A stretch of 64,000 nt of DNA, from the NCBI GenBank assembly GCA_028534125.1, contig CM052817.1, forward strand, positions 55,926,001 through 55,990,000, given 5' to 3'. Shown in pieces: positions 26,470 through 40,030 of this stretch (its first letter is position 1; every line of letters begins with the position of its first letter). The notes beneath the pieces were generated by a model. It was not told the origin of the DNA. It made no database searches and was given only the letters and a program-made list of their open reading frames with translations. This stretch comes from Lama glama (lineage: Eukaryota). The translations under genes and the position numbers were made by a program.

Positions 26470-26965
26470 TGTGAACAAAAAATACTGCAAACCATATCAG
26501 TAAACAAAGAATGCTGAAAATAAGTCATCAGCGGCTGCTGCTCCCCCAACCCGCCACGCCCCGTGAAGACAAGCCTGCAGCCCAACCTCTGCAGCTACTC
26601 ACAATGGTGCACTCTGAGGCGACTCAGAATAAGAAAGGTCAGGATACTGGCCCTAGACAGCTAGGTGCTTGTCAAAGGAATGAATTCAGTGAGCCCAAAT
26701 GTTTGCTTCCTTCCTTACAAAGAAAAGCACTAAATTCTTTAACTTCTTGAGATGCCTGGTTTTTAGTTAACAAGTAATCTTTCAATGTTCCAACTACCTG
26801 GTCTTTGTTGTAAAACTCCTATATATCCTAGCCCCTGCCTTACCTCTTCGGAGCAGTCAGTCAGAGCCATCTGAGAGGCTGTCATCCTGGCTCGAGTCCT
26901 CAGAAATGTCCACCAAATAAAACATAACTCTCAACTTTTAGGCTGAGCATTTATTTCATTTGACA
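26470..26965 (+). mobile_element. ERV1 solo LTR (MER34/LTR39-like), 496 bp
   Basis: TGTGAAC...TTGACA termini, TATATA box near 26820, AATAAA near 26916. Perfect 4-bp TSD AATA at 26466-26469 and 26966-26969. Confidence 0.92.
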
Positions 26966-27283
26966 AATACTTTCTTATACTTGAATATGTCCATCTAATC
27001 CTTTTAAAGTTCTTTTTGACTCTACAATTCAGCTAATTTTTTCCTTTCATCTTGGATTAATAATTTGCTCTTATTTTTTTCATTATAAATTCTTGCACTT
27101 TATTTTATTATGATTTTAATGTCTTTATTTTCTTGATCCTTCTATTTTATTTTACTTGACAGGGTTCAAGTATACCCTAAATGCCTTCTTAAAAAGAGAA
27201 AACCACTTCTAACTAATGTGCAGTTTTTTGGAAATGATTTTTCTTTTCACAAATGACTGCCCAGAAAGACTTCTAGTCATTAT

Positions 27284-27836
27284 TGCTGCAAAACCAGCCT
27301 CTGTACCCTGAAAACCAGACTGAGACTCAGAGGCAGAGTTTTGGGAAAATCAGAAAAGGACTGCTTTATTGCTCTGCCAGGCAAAGGGGAGTCACTGCAG
27401 GCTAGTGCCTTAGAGACTGATTCCATCTCGGGATTGGGGTCCTGAGGTTTTACAGAAAAACTGTACAGAACAGAAAAGGTGATAACAATCAGGGCATTTT
27501 ACAGAGTTTACATTCCTCTTAACCTTGATGAATTTTCCTGGCAACAGGGAGGAACTCCAGAGGGTCTGTCTATTCTTCTGAGATTACCAGCCCATTACCT
27601 TCTTCCTAGAGCATAGCCTCTGGGTTAAAGCTATTCTCTGTGGGGGCTGTTTATCCTGATCCTTTTCAGCTAAATTTCTGGAATTCATTTAGAAGATATT
27701 TGCCTAAGGCTTGAATTCAGACAAAGGTTAAGTGGGGAGGACAGCAGCAGAGAGGCACCCACTTTACTTTTGTGACTCTAGCAGACAGTGAATGGCTCCA
27801 GGACTAACAGTTCTGAGAGCCAGTCCCTCATTTTCA
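27284..27836 (-). mobile_element. ERV1-type solo LTR, about 550 bp
   Basis: Minus strand TGAAAATGAGGG...AATAAAGCAGTCC...GCAGCA. Flanks TTAT / TATT are suggestive of a TSD. Confidence 0.8.
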
Positions 27837-27881
27837 TATTGCAGCTAAGAATCATGTGTAGCAGCCAACAGCTGTTACCTG

Positions 27882-28494
27882 TGAGACAGGAAGTGGGCAG
27901 AGCACAGCCATTCAAGGAATGCTACAGCAATTAACATCAAAATGGTGAAAGATTCATCCCCCAGTAGGCCTTAAGGCTCAGGAAAATGAGAGATTTAACT
28001 TCTAGCAGATCTTGAGCTTCAGTATATTATGCTCATTGTAATATATTAACATGGTGAATAACATGCCCACAGGCACAATGGCAGTCCCAGGGCTAGCAAC
28101 GAAAGGTCAAAGAGTGGGAAATGGCCAACTTCCTGGGAATCCCAGCCCCTTCCCCAGGCTACTTAGACTGGTCCTTCCACCTATTAGCATATGAAGCCAC
28201 CAAGCCCATAAAAACCAGCAACAAGGGGCCTCAAGGTTCCCCCTCTCTCTTCCTCTTCGGAGATGGCCCACATTCTGTCTATGGAGTGTGTACCTTCTTT
28301 TAATCTGAGCACCCAACCCCTACACCTCATGGCCTTTCTCTTGCCTTTCAATGTATCTCTCTGAATAAATCTACCTTCACTCAACTGTGGCTCGCTCTTG
28401 AATTCTTTCCTGCCCAAGGACCCACACTTGGAAGGGCATGTCCCAGGGGCTCAACCAAGCCCTTTTTATGCCCGACATCTGTTTTCCTGCATCA
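27882..28494 (+). mobile_element. MER41-like ERV1 solo LTR, 613 bp
   Basis: TGAGACAGGAAG...CCCATAAAAAC...AATAAATCTACCTTCACTC...GCTCGCTCTTGAATTCTTTCCTG...CCTGCATCA. Perfect TSD CCTG at 27878-27881 and 28495-28498. Confidence 0.93.
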
Positions 28495-31400
28495 CCTGGA
28501 CAGTTGTGACTGGAAGACCTTTCTGATTACAGTTCTGTTTTGGCTAGTTCTGTTATATTACAGAAAGCCCATGCAGAATTTGTTCTTCCAATCTTTTCAA
28601 CGATTTTGTAAAGCATCTCAATCCCAATGGTAATATCTGTTCTGATTTAAATATGGAGAAGGTTTTCTGTTACCTAGACCTGGGCACTAAATGATATGGT
28701 CATCCACAAGAATTACTACTTACTGACTGACATGATCTGATATCACTGCAATGTTGCTTAAATAAAACAGCTCACACAAACTAGACTTCATCTGAAGGAC
28801 TCTGATAAAAACAATTTCATTGCATTTATAATATCCATGAGCTACAACCAAAGTACAAAAATAAATCCTAAAAATTGTGTTCAAATCTTCTCATTTTTCA
28901 CACGTAGAAACTGAGTCTTAAAAAGTTTATGTGATTTGCAGAAATAAATTTTGAATAGTCAAAGGAATTTAGTTAGAATATTTAACAGCTCTCTTCTTCA
29001 CATTTAAAAAATAATTATAGGATGAAAAATCAAGTCAGGTAAGGAGGAAGAATGGAAAAGTGCAAAAGGACCCTTACCTGGGGACTTTCTTTCTTTCAAA
29101 GGACTTTCTCAGATATGTTAAAAACAATGCCTACCTATTCACCTTGGTAAGAAATTAGTCACACAGTAGTTACTAGCTAAATTTAAAAATCTGAAGGAAA
29201 AAAATAAATAAATTCACACTAAAGTGTTCAAAAATTACACTGTCTCTAGTCTCTGCAAAAATCCTCTTTCCACATGTCCTCCTCCTCTTTTTCCTATTTT
29301 CTAACTTCTCCCTTTTTAAGGTGTTATTTTGCCCAGGTTATTTTTGTTTAATTTATTTTCAGGGGAATAATCATTTCTAAATTAAGGCCTTTATCAAAAG
29401 CACCAGCATGCATTTTAATACTGAGCAAATGTATAAGAACTTCTCTATACCAAGAAAGTAGGTATCCTGTACATAATGTAAATATAGTCTTACTTCCTTC
29501 TTTCACAAGCTCAGAAGACATATACAGAGCAAGCTACACGAAGACATGAAAGAATCAATAACATTACACTGAATTCTAAAAGAATTATAGAAGATTGACA
29601 TGCATCAATTGGTGAGAAAGCAATACATGAAGAAGCCAATACATTAACATTTGTGTTCAGGCAAGTATTCACTCAGCACATATCTGTATATAGTCACTAC
29701 CTTGGCCTTTATGTTTTATAGAGAAGGAGGGCAGGACATGTCAGAGAGAAGTTATTAATTTTTAAATGTATGGAGGTCTGATAATGTATCCCTCAAAAGT
29801 ATCTGTATTCTTTATGGAAAGATACACAGAAAGAATTTTCTTCTTTTAAATATTTTACTTTCTTCTAACCACTTCATATTGCACAGACTCTCTAGTCTGT
29901 GTGATTACCTGTATTTAAATGTAAATTTGGTTTCTGTATTTGTGTTAAATTTTCCAATATGTATCAACATCCATTCTGACACTTCCCTCTCATATCTGTT
30001 TTATCTTATATTATACTGTAGAGTAGATTTCCTTTTACTTTAAAAAAATTTAAAATTTGGCTATAAAATTAACATATTTATATTTTCTTAATATAATAAG
30101 AGTATCACATATAAGATTCTCTGTGACTTTTTCTTCTACCTTATTGAATGGTTATGTTTAAGAGGCTTCATATGTTATCATCTTTAAAAAAAAAAACTCA
30201 AACCTTCTGGTAATCTAATTTGACTTGAATAATGTTACATGGTAAGTATTTAATTAGTTACAAATATTTACAGCTACGTGAGCTCTATCTTTTTTCCCCA
30301 GAGTCAGCAATGATGTTACCGAGAAATAATACAGGGTAAGAAAATGCATCCTCATTAAATACCCTCATAAATACTCCCACACATAAACGCATCAACAAAA
30401 TCAACCAAAACTATACTGAGCACAGACTAAACTATACTGGCAACAAATCTAGCACACAGAATGCCACTCTTACTGTTCAGGAGTGAATCAGAAACCACAG
30501 TAAAACCAGCTTATTATTTCAAATACAAATAAATACTGTATTCAGTCTTACTTCGAGAATTTGATTTGAGTTATACAGATACTTTCAGTGTAGCACCCTT
30601 CAGGAAGGTAGACAAGAAATACAACTATACTCTGTGTAGAGTGTGGCAGGGGCACAAACAAGAATATCCATATTTTCAGAAAGAAAAAAAAGAAAGAAAT
30701 GACTACTTAACGTACGTAATAGCTTAAGTTCTGTATGGATAAACTCTCTACTACACACAGTGATTCATTTGATATAAAACATTGGTGAATTCTCACAAAC
30801 TCTATCAGTGACTGATGCTGCATTTGTGATCTGGCAGAATCAATTAATCTCATATCTTGTTAAAGCTAATACAGGAGAAGGGAGAAAAACCAGCTTTCCT
30901 AGCAAACAACATTGGTACTTACTGAGAAGAGAGAAGCCTTATATATTTCATGAGTCTTCAGTTTTGACTCTTTCAGTGCATTTTCTAACCAGAGGTTAAG
31001 CCATTTTAAGTCAGTGTATGAAAAATAAACCCTTTCTTTTTGAGGATATATTTTCAAATTTTAAAAATTTCAGGTTACCTTTTAGAATTATTTACTATTC
31101 TCTTAATGTTAGTCAATCATTTATCACTATGCATCACAACCTAAGTCTAAAATATTGATAAGATCCATGCTTTATGACCAATGCAAGTATTTACAGGAAG
31201 AAATCAAACCACCAATGACTAAGGCTCTACTACATGCTGAGCGTTTGTATACAGAGTGTGAAAATTGTGACTGGAAAGCAGTCTTGGAATCAGCATATTC
31301 TGGTACGGTAATACATCTCTTTATATCAATTTCTACCATATATATCATCTTTACCATCGAACACAAACCCCTCAGAAGCATGACAGCACCTGATGCAACC

Positions 31401-32012
31401 AAGAAATTTGTGCTAGAATAACAAAACTGCATTGATAAATAAGCTTTCCGATTTAGTGACTTCTCAATTTTTATAGTTTTTTTTATATCTTTTCTGACAG
31501 TAAACCTAGTGTTGCATAATTAAAAACATTAAACTGCATTGGCTGATATGCCTTTGAAAGATATTCAATTAGAACTTTACAGAGTTTCTGAGCAAAGAAA
31601 AAAATGTGATGCTATGGCATATTTTCAATGTGTATGGTTTCCAAACATTTGATGAAAAATGGTCAGAATGTTCAAGACTAGTAGATAAGAACCATTGTAA
31701 CACTGGAAAATTACAAAGTAAACTTTCATGGAATTTAAGGCCAAGTGGTTTTGCCTGCCTCATTTGTTCTCTTTTTCTCCCCTTTTGTTTTCCTCCTACT
31801 TTCTTCTGAAAGTAGGGTTCAGACATTTGACTTAATTTTGCAGTAGTGAATTTTATTATACCCTCTTTTGTTTCACCAAAGCAATAAAAATTAGGATACA
31901 TCAAGAAAATATATCAGTCATGGAGAAATATAAAGAGTCTGTTTAGCTCATAAAAGAGTAGAACAGAATTCCTCTGTTGCTGTGGCCATGCTCAGAGCTC
32001 AATTAGATGATA

Positions 32013-32074
32013 GTGGTGGTGATGGTGGTGATGGTGGTGATGGTGGTGATGGTGGTGTGATGGTGATGATGATG
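32013..32074. repeat. (GGTGGTGAT)n / (GAT)n simple repeat
   Basis: Directly visible; accounts for the GGDGGD low-complexity ORF. Confidence 0.95.
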
Positions 32075-32319
32075 AAACCAGCTGGAGGTGGAGGAACACC
32101 TATTTTAAAAAAAACCAGGGATCACCCTAGCAGCATTAGCCACATTCTTCTTAAAAAAAGCAGTTTTAATAAAAACCCTGTAAGGAAGGTAATTTCATGA
32201 TGCTCTCCATTATCTGTTCAGAATTTTGTGAGGGAATTTTTTGAACAGAAATGATAGAAAGCATTTTAAAACTGTGGTTATGATAAGTAAGTGTAGGGTG
32301 AACTTAACATTCTTTCTGT

Positions 32320-32445
32320 TTATTCACCTATTTTACATTATTACTGAATGCCGACTATGCACCACGTATTGTATTCAGCACTGAGGATACAGCAGGTAAC
32401 AAAACAAACAAAAATTTTTCTCATATTTAACTTACATTTCAGTGA
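32320..32445 (-). mobile_element. L2 3' end
   Basis: TTACTGAATGCCGACTATGCACCACGTATTGTATTCAGCACTGAGGATACAGCAG. Confidence 0.75.
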
Positions 32446-32486
32446 AAAAAAAAAAAAAAGAAAAGGCAAACAAGTAAACCAGCTAC

Positions 32487-33490
32487 ATAAGGAGCCAGGC
32501 TTTATCTTTAGATAGACAGTTGATTCTAGATCCTGGGCAGGTAAAATTCAAGATAAGCCTGTAATATTTTATACTGTCAGAATATAAGGAAGTTCTAAAC
32601 AAACCAACAGACAAAAAAACAAACAAAATAAACCCACAATTGATGGGAGTATGTATGTCAAAGGGATACAGGAGCCAGCCTGAAAGAGCACCAAAGGTGG
32701 GAACAATTGCAGCAATAAAATTACAGCATCTTATAACCCAAAGAATAAAATAAATATTCATGGTTTTAACAATATAAGTAAATGATTGAATAAATAAATA
32801 AATGGAGGAGAAGAGACATGTTTTCCTTATAAAAGAATTTGAAAAATCTAAATATAGATAGATCATCTCCCCTTCAGGAGGTGGGGTTTAATTTCCCTCC
32901 CCTTGAGTGTGGGCAGGATATAAAGTTGGATGGAGTGCAGAAAGGGAAAAATAATGACATTACAATGAAGTATGTGAGTAACCACATTCACCAAGTGTTC
33001 AAGGTTAATGTCATCAGTGGTAAGCCTTATCATGGATCCCTGATACAACGTGACAGAAGCACTCTTTACCTCTATGGTGTTCTTCCCCCAGATCCCATAT
33101 CCCTAGTCTGATCATGAGAAAACAAACAAACCCAAACTGAAGGGCATTATTAAAAAATACCTGACCAAATCTTTCCAAAGGAAGATGGTCATGAAAAACA
33201 GGATATCTAATCAGAGGTGGAAAGGACTAAGGAGATATGATATCTAGAAGTGCCATGGTATCCTGGACTGGATCCTAGGACAGAAAGAAGGATATTAGTG
33301 GAAATACTAGAGAAATCTGAATAAAATCTATTGTTTAGTTAATAATATTGTACTAAAGTGAAACTTGTAATTTTGACAAATGAAACTTCAATATGAATGA
33401 TGCTAATACTAGAGGAAGAGGGGTGAAATCTCTACTACCTTTGCAACTTTTCTGTAAACCTTAAATTATTCCAAAATAAAAATGTTTTGC
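32487..33490 (+). mobile_element. L1MC/L1MD 3' UTR
   Basis: GTCAAAGGGATACAGGAGCCA...TCCTGGACTGGATCCT...CTTTGCAACTTTTCTGTAAACCTTAAATTATTCCAAAATAAAAA. Confidence 0.88.
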
Positions 33491-34309
33491 TTATTTTTAA
33501 GTGAACTATATATCACTCATATACATGCCATGTATATGTCATATATATGACAACTGTTGTGGAGTTAAGTGAAACTGAAGAGAATACTAGGAAATGAAAT
33601 GCTTGGTCACAATAGCCCTCAGTGAGAAGGTGACACTGATGAGGATGACAAAAAGAAGATAATATCCATCCATATTTTGACACTTGACTTTTAAAATAAT
33701 AATAAAATAGTTTGGTCACTCTAAAATAATTTTTTAAAGAAGTCTGGTCTGAAATTATGTCCTTTACTTTCTGAACTCACACATACATACATAAAAACAT
33801 TACAATGGAAAGAGGCATTTATCTTTAAAATAATAAGACTGAGACTAATGAAACAAGTCATCTGGCATAAATATGGATTAAAAGGGCTTGTCATCTGAGT
33901 TCTGGCTGTTTCAAAGCTTTACATATTTATTCAATGGCCTTTTGAGACAACTGATATTAGTATATGTTAGAAAGAGTAGTTACTGAATATAAGAACAGTC
34001 ACAGTTAAGTGCTGGGTAGCATCTCATTTAATTAAACTGACTTGCCGGTAATTACAATTGTCTTATTTTGGTCCCAGTGGCTATTTTTAACTTTTTTTGT
34101 ATTAACTGGTTATCAATTGTTTGATTAAATAATTTTGCATATATTCTTGTCACAGCTATCTTGCAGTGCTGTATTTATAGGCAGATTTTGTATTATGCCA
34201 GAAGCAATGAAACCTAAATTGAAGTACTCTTACTCATTTTAAGTCCCTACTTAATTATAATTCTAAATAATAACCATGAATTGAAAAAATGTCCTTTCAC
34301 TCAAAAATT

Positions 34310-35545
34310 ACAAATCTTCAACAAATGATGCCAAGACAACCAGATAACCATATAAAAAAGAATGAAATTGAACCCTTACCTCAGTCTACATGCAAAAATT
34401 TACTCAAAATAAATAACATACATAACAAACTAAAACTATAAAACTATTAGAAGATAACATTTGGGTGAATCTTTATGTCATCAGGTTGGACAATGGATTC
34501 TTAGCTCTGATACCAAGAGCACAAATAACAAACAAATAAATTGAAATTTATATAAAGAAAAAAAACTTTTGTGTATGAAACAATATTACCAAGAGAGTTG
34601 AAAGGAAGCTGTAGAATGAGGAAAATATCCTAAATCACACATCTAATAAGAATTTAGTATCCAGAACATATAAAGAACTTTTACAACTCAACACCAAAAA
34701 GACAAAAGACCCAGTAAAAAAAAAAATGGGCAAAGAATTTGAATAACATTTCTTCTAAGTTCATATACAACTGCCCAACGTTCACGTGAAAAGATATTTC
34801 TAAAGAAATGCATCTCTAAACCACAATGAGATGTCACTTCATACACAATAGAATAGCTATTATTTTTCTAAAAAAAGGAAAATAATGGGTGTTGTTGAAG
34901 ATATAGAGAAATAATTATATTAGTAGTGGGAATGTAAAAGGTGCAATAAATGTGGCAAATGATGGTTCCTCAAAAAGCTAACTATAGATAATGTTTAAAC
35001 ACTAACCCAACAATTTCACTCCTAGGCAAATATTCAAAAGAAATTAAAACAGGTATACACTCAAATAAACATTGCTCATGAATGTTTATAGCAGGAATAG
35101 GCACATTAATCAACAGGTAGAAACAACCCAAATATCATCAATGGATGAGTGGATAATAAGTTGTGGTACTTCCAAATAATGGAGTATTATTCACCTATAA
35201 AAACAAGAGAAGTACTGATACATGCTACAACTTGGGTAAACCTAAAAAACATGCTAACAGAAGAAGCCAGAAACAAATGACCACAAATTGTATAGTTTCT
35301 TTTATATAAAATATCAAAAATAGGTAAACCTATATATACAGCAGATTAGTGGTTAATAGAGGATTAGGGGAAGGGTGACGGGACTGATTGAATAAATGGT
35401 ATGGGGAGTTCAACTGAGATAATAAAATATTTTGAAGACAGAGGCAGTGTTTGCATAACATTGTATATGCAAATCAATATAACTAAATTGTACAATTTAA
35501 AATGGTTAATTTTATGTTATGTGAATTTCCAACTCAGTAAAAATG
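34310..35545 (+). mobile_element. L1MB 3' end (ORF2 C-terminus remnant plus 3' UTR)
   Basis: TCTTCAACAAATGATGC...AAAATGGGCAAAGAATTTGAATA...AAATGGTTAATTTTATGTTATGTGAATTT. Confidence 0.92.
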
Positions 35546-37446
35546 TTAGAGGTCTTAAAGTGTGATTCCGAGTTGTCATTTTATTTTGTGATATTTGAAA
35601 AACAATCATCTTTCAATTAGAAATATGATCTGCATAATTTAGAAATAATAGCTAATATTCTTAGAAAGTAATGAAATATAAAATAATTTCAATGATCAAT
35701 TTAAAAGTTGAACTCTGCATTGAGACTATTTTTAATAGCTCAATTTTAAAATTTGTGCAGAATATTTATCTCAGTATTGATCATTGAAATCTACTCAGTC
35801 TAACGACACTATCTTAAGTCTTTCTTTTCTGATGCCACTCAAAACAGAAATGAGCTTTCAGGGAACAAAATCTGTGTACAACAGATGCGTCTCTGCTGTC
35901 AACACGTATTGAGTGTCAATGAACAAGCTGACTTGTGCCACACACGAAGAATTCAGCCCCAGATAAGAGAGAAGATAAAGTGCACAGAACCAACACAGCC
36001 AGCAAGCACTTGCCTCTAACTCATCCAGATGAGTTTCCTCAGGAGCACTTACTGTGTCTCACGACTGTTAGAAATGGACACTACTACAGAGCCTAGGGAT
36101 TAGGAAGCACTTACAAATATTTGTTAGACAAATTGATTACAATGAGTTTCAGGGAAGGGTGCTAATAGATGGCAAGAAGCTCCCTAGCCACTTAACAGAA
36201 TGTAGGTGTATGGAATTAGAGGATATGGCCCTCTGCCATGGGTTTAATTATTCCTTTGGTTTATCTGATATTTATGGAACCTACTCTAGAAAGTATTTTT
36301 CTCTTTTCTCCCATTTTGAATCTCTTTTATGAGGTACTAATATATTTGTCTGCATCCTCTGTACTGATACCAACAATCACTTGAGATGTCTCTGCTGGGT
36401 ACCACTGCCACATTTGCTGGTACCACTTCCTCTTATGTTCTAGACATATCCAAGGCACATGTTTTATGGAAAAGTGTGAAGATTCCTCCATTTGAGTGTT
36501 ATACTGTTTTCCATTGTGTCATAATCATCTCTTAAGGGCTTCAATGTCTTAAAGACATTTTACTGTTACAATCTTTCCCTTTCAATCATACCATCCCCCT
36601 AACTACTTCTCTCTTTCTTTGCCATAGGACCTGGGGAACTAGATTGGAGAAAAGTTCTAGTGATAAATAGAACATTAAAGTGAAAATTTCCCTCCTCTGT
36701 GACCCCTAAGTCTTTGTTTCAAATATGACTGTGCTGATTAATATCTATTCTTAATGAGAGGCTTCTCAGTGTCTCATACTAACAGGTTTTTCAGGGCCAA
36801 ATGCACCCTTTCAATAATGACAAGGTTTAGGACCAAGGTTCCCTTAGCTTTCATCCTAATTCAGCACAGAAATAAAGATAACACTTGACCAGAGAATCCT
36901 GTAAATATAATTTCCCAGTCATTTCAATATATCAAGTACTTCTGAGGATTTTCTTGTAAAATTATTTTAGAAACAGGGATCTCTCATCAGATCCAATCCA
37001 TTTTTTTTAGTGTGAATGATTAAGACTATTAAGAGAATCTCAGTAACAAAGGGAATAAAAAAAAAGGAAATAAAACAAAGCTACTGATCTGTAACATGCA
37101 TTAAGGGATAAAAAGGACTGAGATATTGTACAATATGTAAAAAGTAGCTGAAAGAATGAAAGGAGCAGCCATAAATTCTGAAAAATATGTAGAGATTTTT
37201 AAGACACACACACACATACAAAGGACGAGAAGTTAGTATCTTATGAGAGCCCCAAACTTAGCTGAACTTGATGGTGAACTATTTTCTACTTTTGCATGAC
37301 AACTTGAGGATTACAAAAATTTTCAATAGTGATAGGAATAATTTTAAACTTGAAATGTTTATCAGATCATTTATTTCAAAAGCACCTCTAAAACTAGTAT
37401 TTGTCCTTTCTCAGTATCCCAATGTCCAAACTTTAATATAAGCTCT

Positions 37447-37810
37447 GTCTAGGATGTCAGAGATTCTGATTACTCTCATTATGCATTGTCCATTTTTTAT
37501 TTTTGGTAAAGTTTACATTACCCATCTTCTTTGCAGCAAGATTTAGCCATGTGATTTAGTTCTGATCAACAATATGAAATCATGTGTGCAATTTTCAGGT
37601 TATTCCTTCAAAAAGAAAGAAGCATGCCAGATGTAAGATTCAGCAAGCAAAAAATAAGAGAGCACCTTTCCCCAGCACCCTGGAGATGCCAGGTCTACTC
37701 TGACCTTTTCAGACGTTCTTATAAGAGAGAGAAATCATCTTCTGTCTTATTCGCCATTGTTTCTCTTGGGTCTTCTGTTGCAATCATTAAGACTGTATTC
37801 TAGTTGCATT
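37447..37810 (+). mobile_element. Old MLT1 (I/J/K-like) LTR
   Basis: TCTTTGCAGCAAGATTTAGCCATGTGATTTAGTTCTG...GAGAGAGAAATCATCTTCTGTCTT. Confidence 0.65.
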
Positions 37811-39439
37811 AAGGCATGATAATCACAGGGCAAAGAACTTAATCAATACAGCATGAAAATCTTAGGTGAAAGACGTAACTCTTCAGGATCTGAAGTCATT
37901 TGTAACTACAAAAGTCATACTCCTTAACATACTAAAAGGTAATCACGTCACCGAACAATGAACTAATACTCTCTAAAATAACTGCATTAAATATTACTTA
38001 CAGCTAGTCTAAAGTGAATTATGCAATGCAAGTTAGATGGATTTATTTACTTAATGCATACTATCAAGCTAATGAAAGGGTATTTACAGTAACAAATTCA
38101 CTATCCATAAAAGAAAATAAAAATAACTATTGGAATATATTTCAAGTGTGTAACTCAGTGCTTTAAAAGTGGTCTTAGGTAATTATTGAGCTAACTTTAT
38201 TGGTGGAAACCTATAAACCTACTGGGCTACTGGGTGGGTGAGGCATTGTAGGTTGTCTACTTCTCAATTAATTAGATTCACACTCTGTATTAATGTTCTA
38301 CATGTTGCTGGACTGGATTTTCTACCCCCACTCATTCTTAGTATAATAGACAAAATCAAAATTATAGAGGTGTCCTTATTATTATAGAGGTATCCTTAGT
38401 AACATGAGATAAAGAAAACTTTTGTTACACAACAGCTTAAAAAGGTACAATACGATTACAAGAAAACAGTATGTCCCAGTCTTGTAGATGTTTCAATAAC
38501 AACACTGGAATCAGAATGGCCATTGCTATATAGCCCATTCTCCACTTATAGAAATACTTCTTGAATAGCACATTCCCACTTGTATAGTGGGAAAAAGTAG
38601 ATGGAACCAACTGACCGAGAGCCAAAGCCTAAGCCCAGAGTGACCTCAGCAAGAGGAAAAGGATTATTCCAAGTTTATAAAAAGAGGAGAGGGATGAGGA
38701 AAGAGCAAAGATCCTGTGACAACTGTCTCGAGTAGCTTCAGAATGGTAAGCACACACCAGAACGGGAAATATCTTCTAAGAATCAGTTTGAAGTAAAAGA
38801 TCCATTGATGGGAGAGAAAAAGTTCAAAACCTACAACACAATGACACCTACTACACAATGACATCATATTCTGAATCACATTTGTCATTTACCTGGACTT
38901 TTCCATCAAGGATAGCACAATTCACAGGGGAGCACCAGATGGTATAACCATGTTTTCTATGTTTGTTTGTATGTGGTTGAAACAGGAAACAAACTTTCAA
39001 GACGGCACTAGTTTGCATTTTGCCTTACTAGTTTGCATTATCCTTTCACAGGCATTTCAATATTCATCTATCTCCACTGCAAATTTTCCTCTGAATTTAC
39101 TCTTATCTAAGAATTACACAATCTCCATTCCATGACTTCTACCTGTAAATCAGCTATAGGTTTTTAAAATCATTTCACATAAAATCATTTTCTTTCTAAA
39201 TAACATGTAAGGTATAGTCTTTCTAAAAGATACAACTTTTTTCTTCTCATCAAAATTTTAGAAATCTTTTTGATCTTGAAAAGATAGAGCCAGCTTCAAT
39301 AAGTGCAAGGCAATATCCTACGCATTTTTGATAGATTTAAACCTTCCAATAACCCTCTAAAATAGTTCCTATTATTTTTTCTATGTGGTAATAAGTAAAT
39401 ATTATTTTTGTTACTCTTTTACACAATTTTAAGGTTTTC

Positions 39440-39650
39440 TTTTTTTCAGTAAAGCATAGGTGACTGACAATATTATGCTAGTTTCAGGTGTACAATACAG
39501 TGATTTGATATTTTTATAGATTACATACTATAAAATTATTATAAAATATTGACTATATTCCTTGGGCTGTACATGATATCCCTGTGGTATTTATTTTACA
39601 ACTGGTACTTTCTACCTCTTAATTCTCTTCACCTATTTTGCCCTTCTGCC
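39440..39650 (-). mobile_element. L1 3' end (L1MA/artiodactyl-type)
   Basis: ACAATATTATGCTAGTTTCAGGTGTACAATACAGTGATTTG...AAAATATTGACTATATTCC. Confidence 0.85.
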
Positions 39651-39812
39651 CAAAATTGTTCTTATTATTAATTCACATTTTAAATGTGATGACATGGGGT
39701 TTAACTTACTTAAAATTAGTTTTATTCTACTGTTACTCAACTCCCTCTACCTGTTTTGATTATAATTGCAATTCCATTAAAATCATTCATTAATTTTCAG
39801 GCTGTTTAAAAT

Positions 39813-40030
39813 TTTAGAACTTATTTGTCTTATAACTGGAAGTCTGTACCTTTCGACAACCTACATCCAATCCACCCTGCCCCTACTCTCCGTCTCTGGT
39901 AGCCACAAGTCTAATTTCTTTTTTTTATGAGTTTATTTGTTTGTTTTCTGAAGCAAAATTGACTTAAAACTCTGTGTTAGTTCCTGGTATACAACATAGT
40001 GATTGAATATTTCTATATATTTCAAAGTGA
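39813..40030 (-). mobile_element. L1 3' UTR fragment
   Basis: GAACTTATTTGTCTTATAACTGGAAGTCTGTACCTTT...TCTGGTAGCCACAAGTCT. Confidence 0.8.

Noticed and set aside
31155..31432. Overlapping 88-aa and 86-aa ORFs on opposite strands
   Set aside because: No recognisable homology or convincing splice context, and the length is within chance expectation.
31982..32200. Gly/Asp-repeat ORF
   Set aside because: It is the translation of a GGTGGTGAT microsatellite.
38601..38750. 44-aa ORF (MEPTDREPKPK...) followed by a GTAAGC donor-like site
   Set aside because: It stops before the donor, has no recognisable homology and lacks promoter or CpG context.
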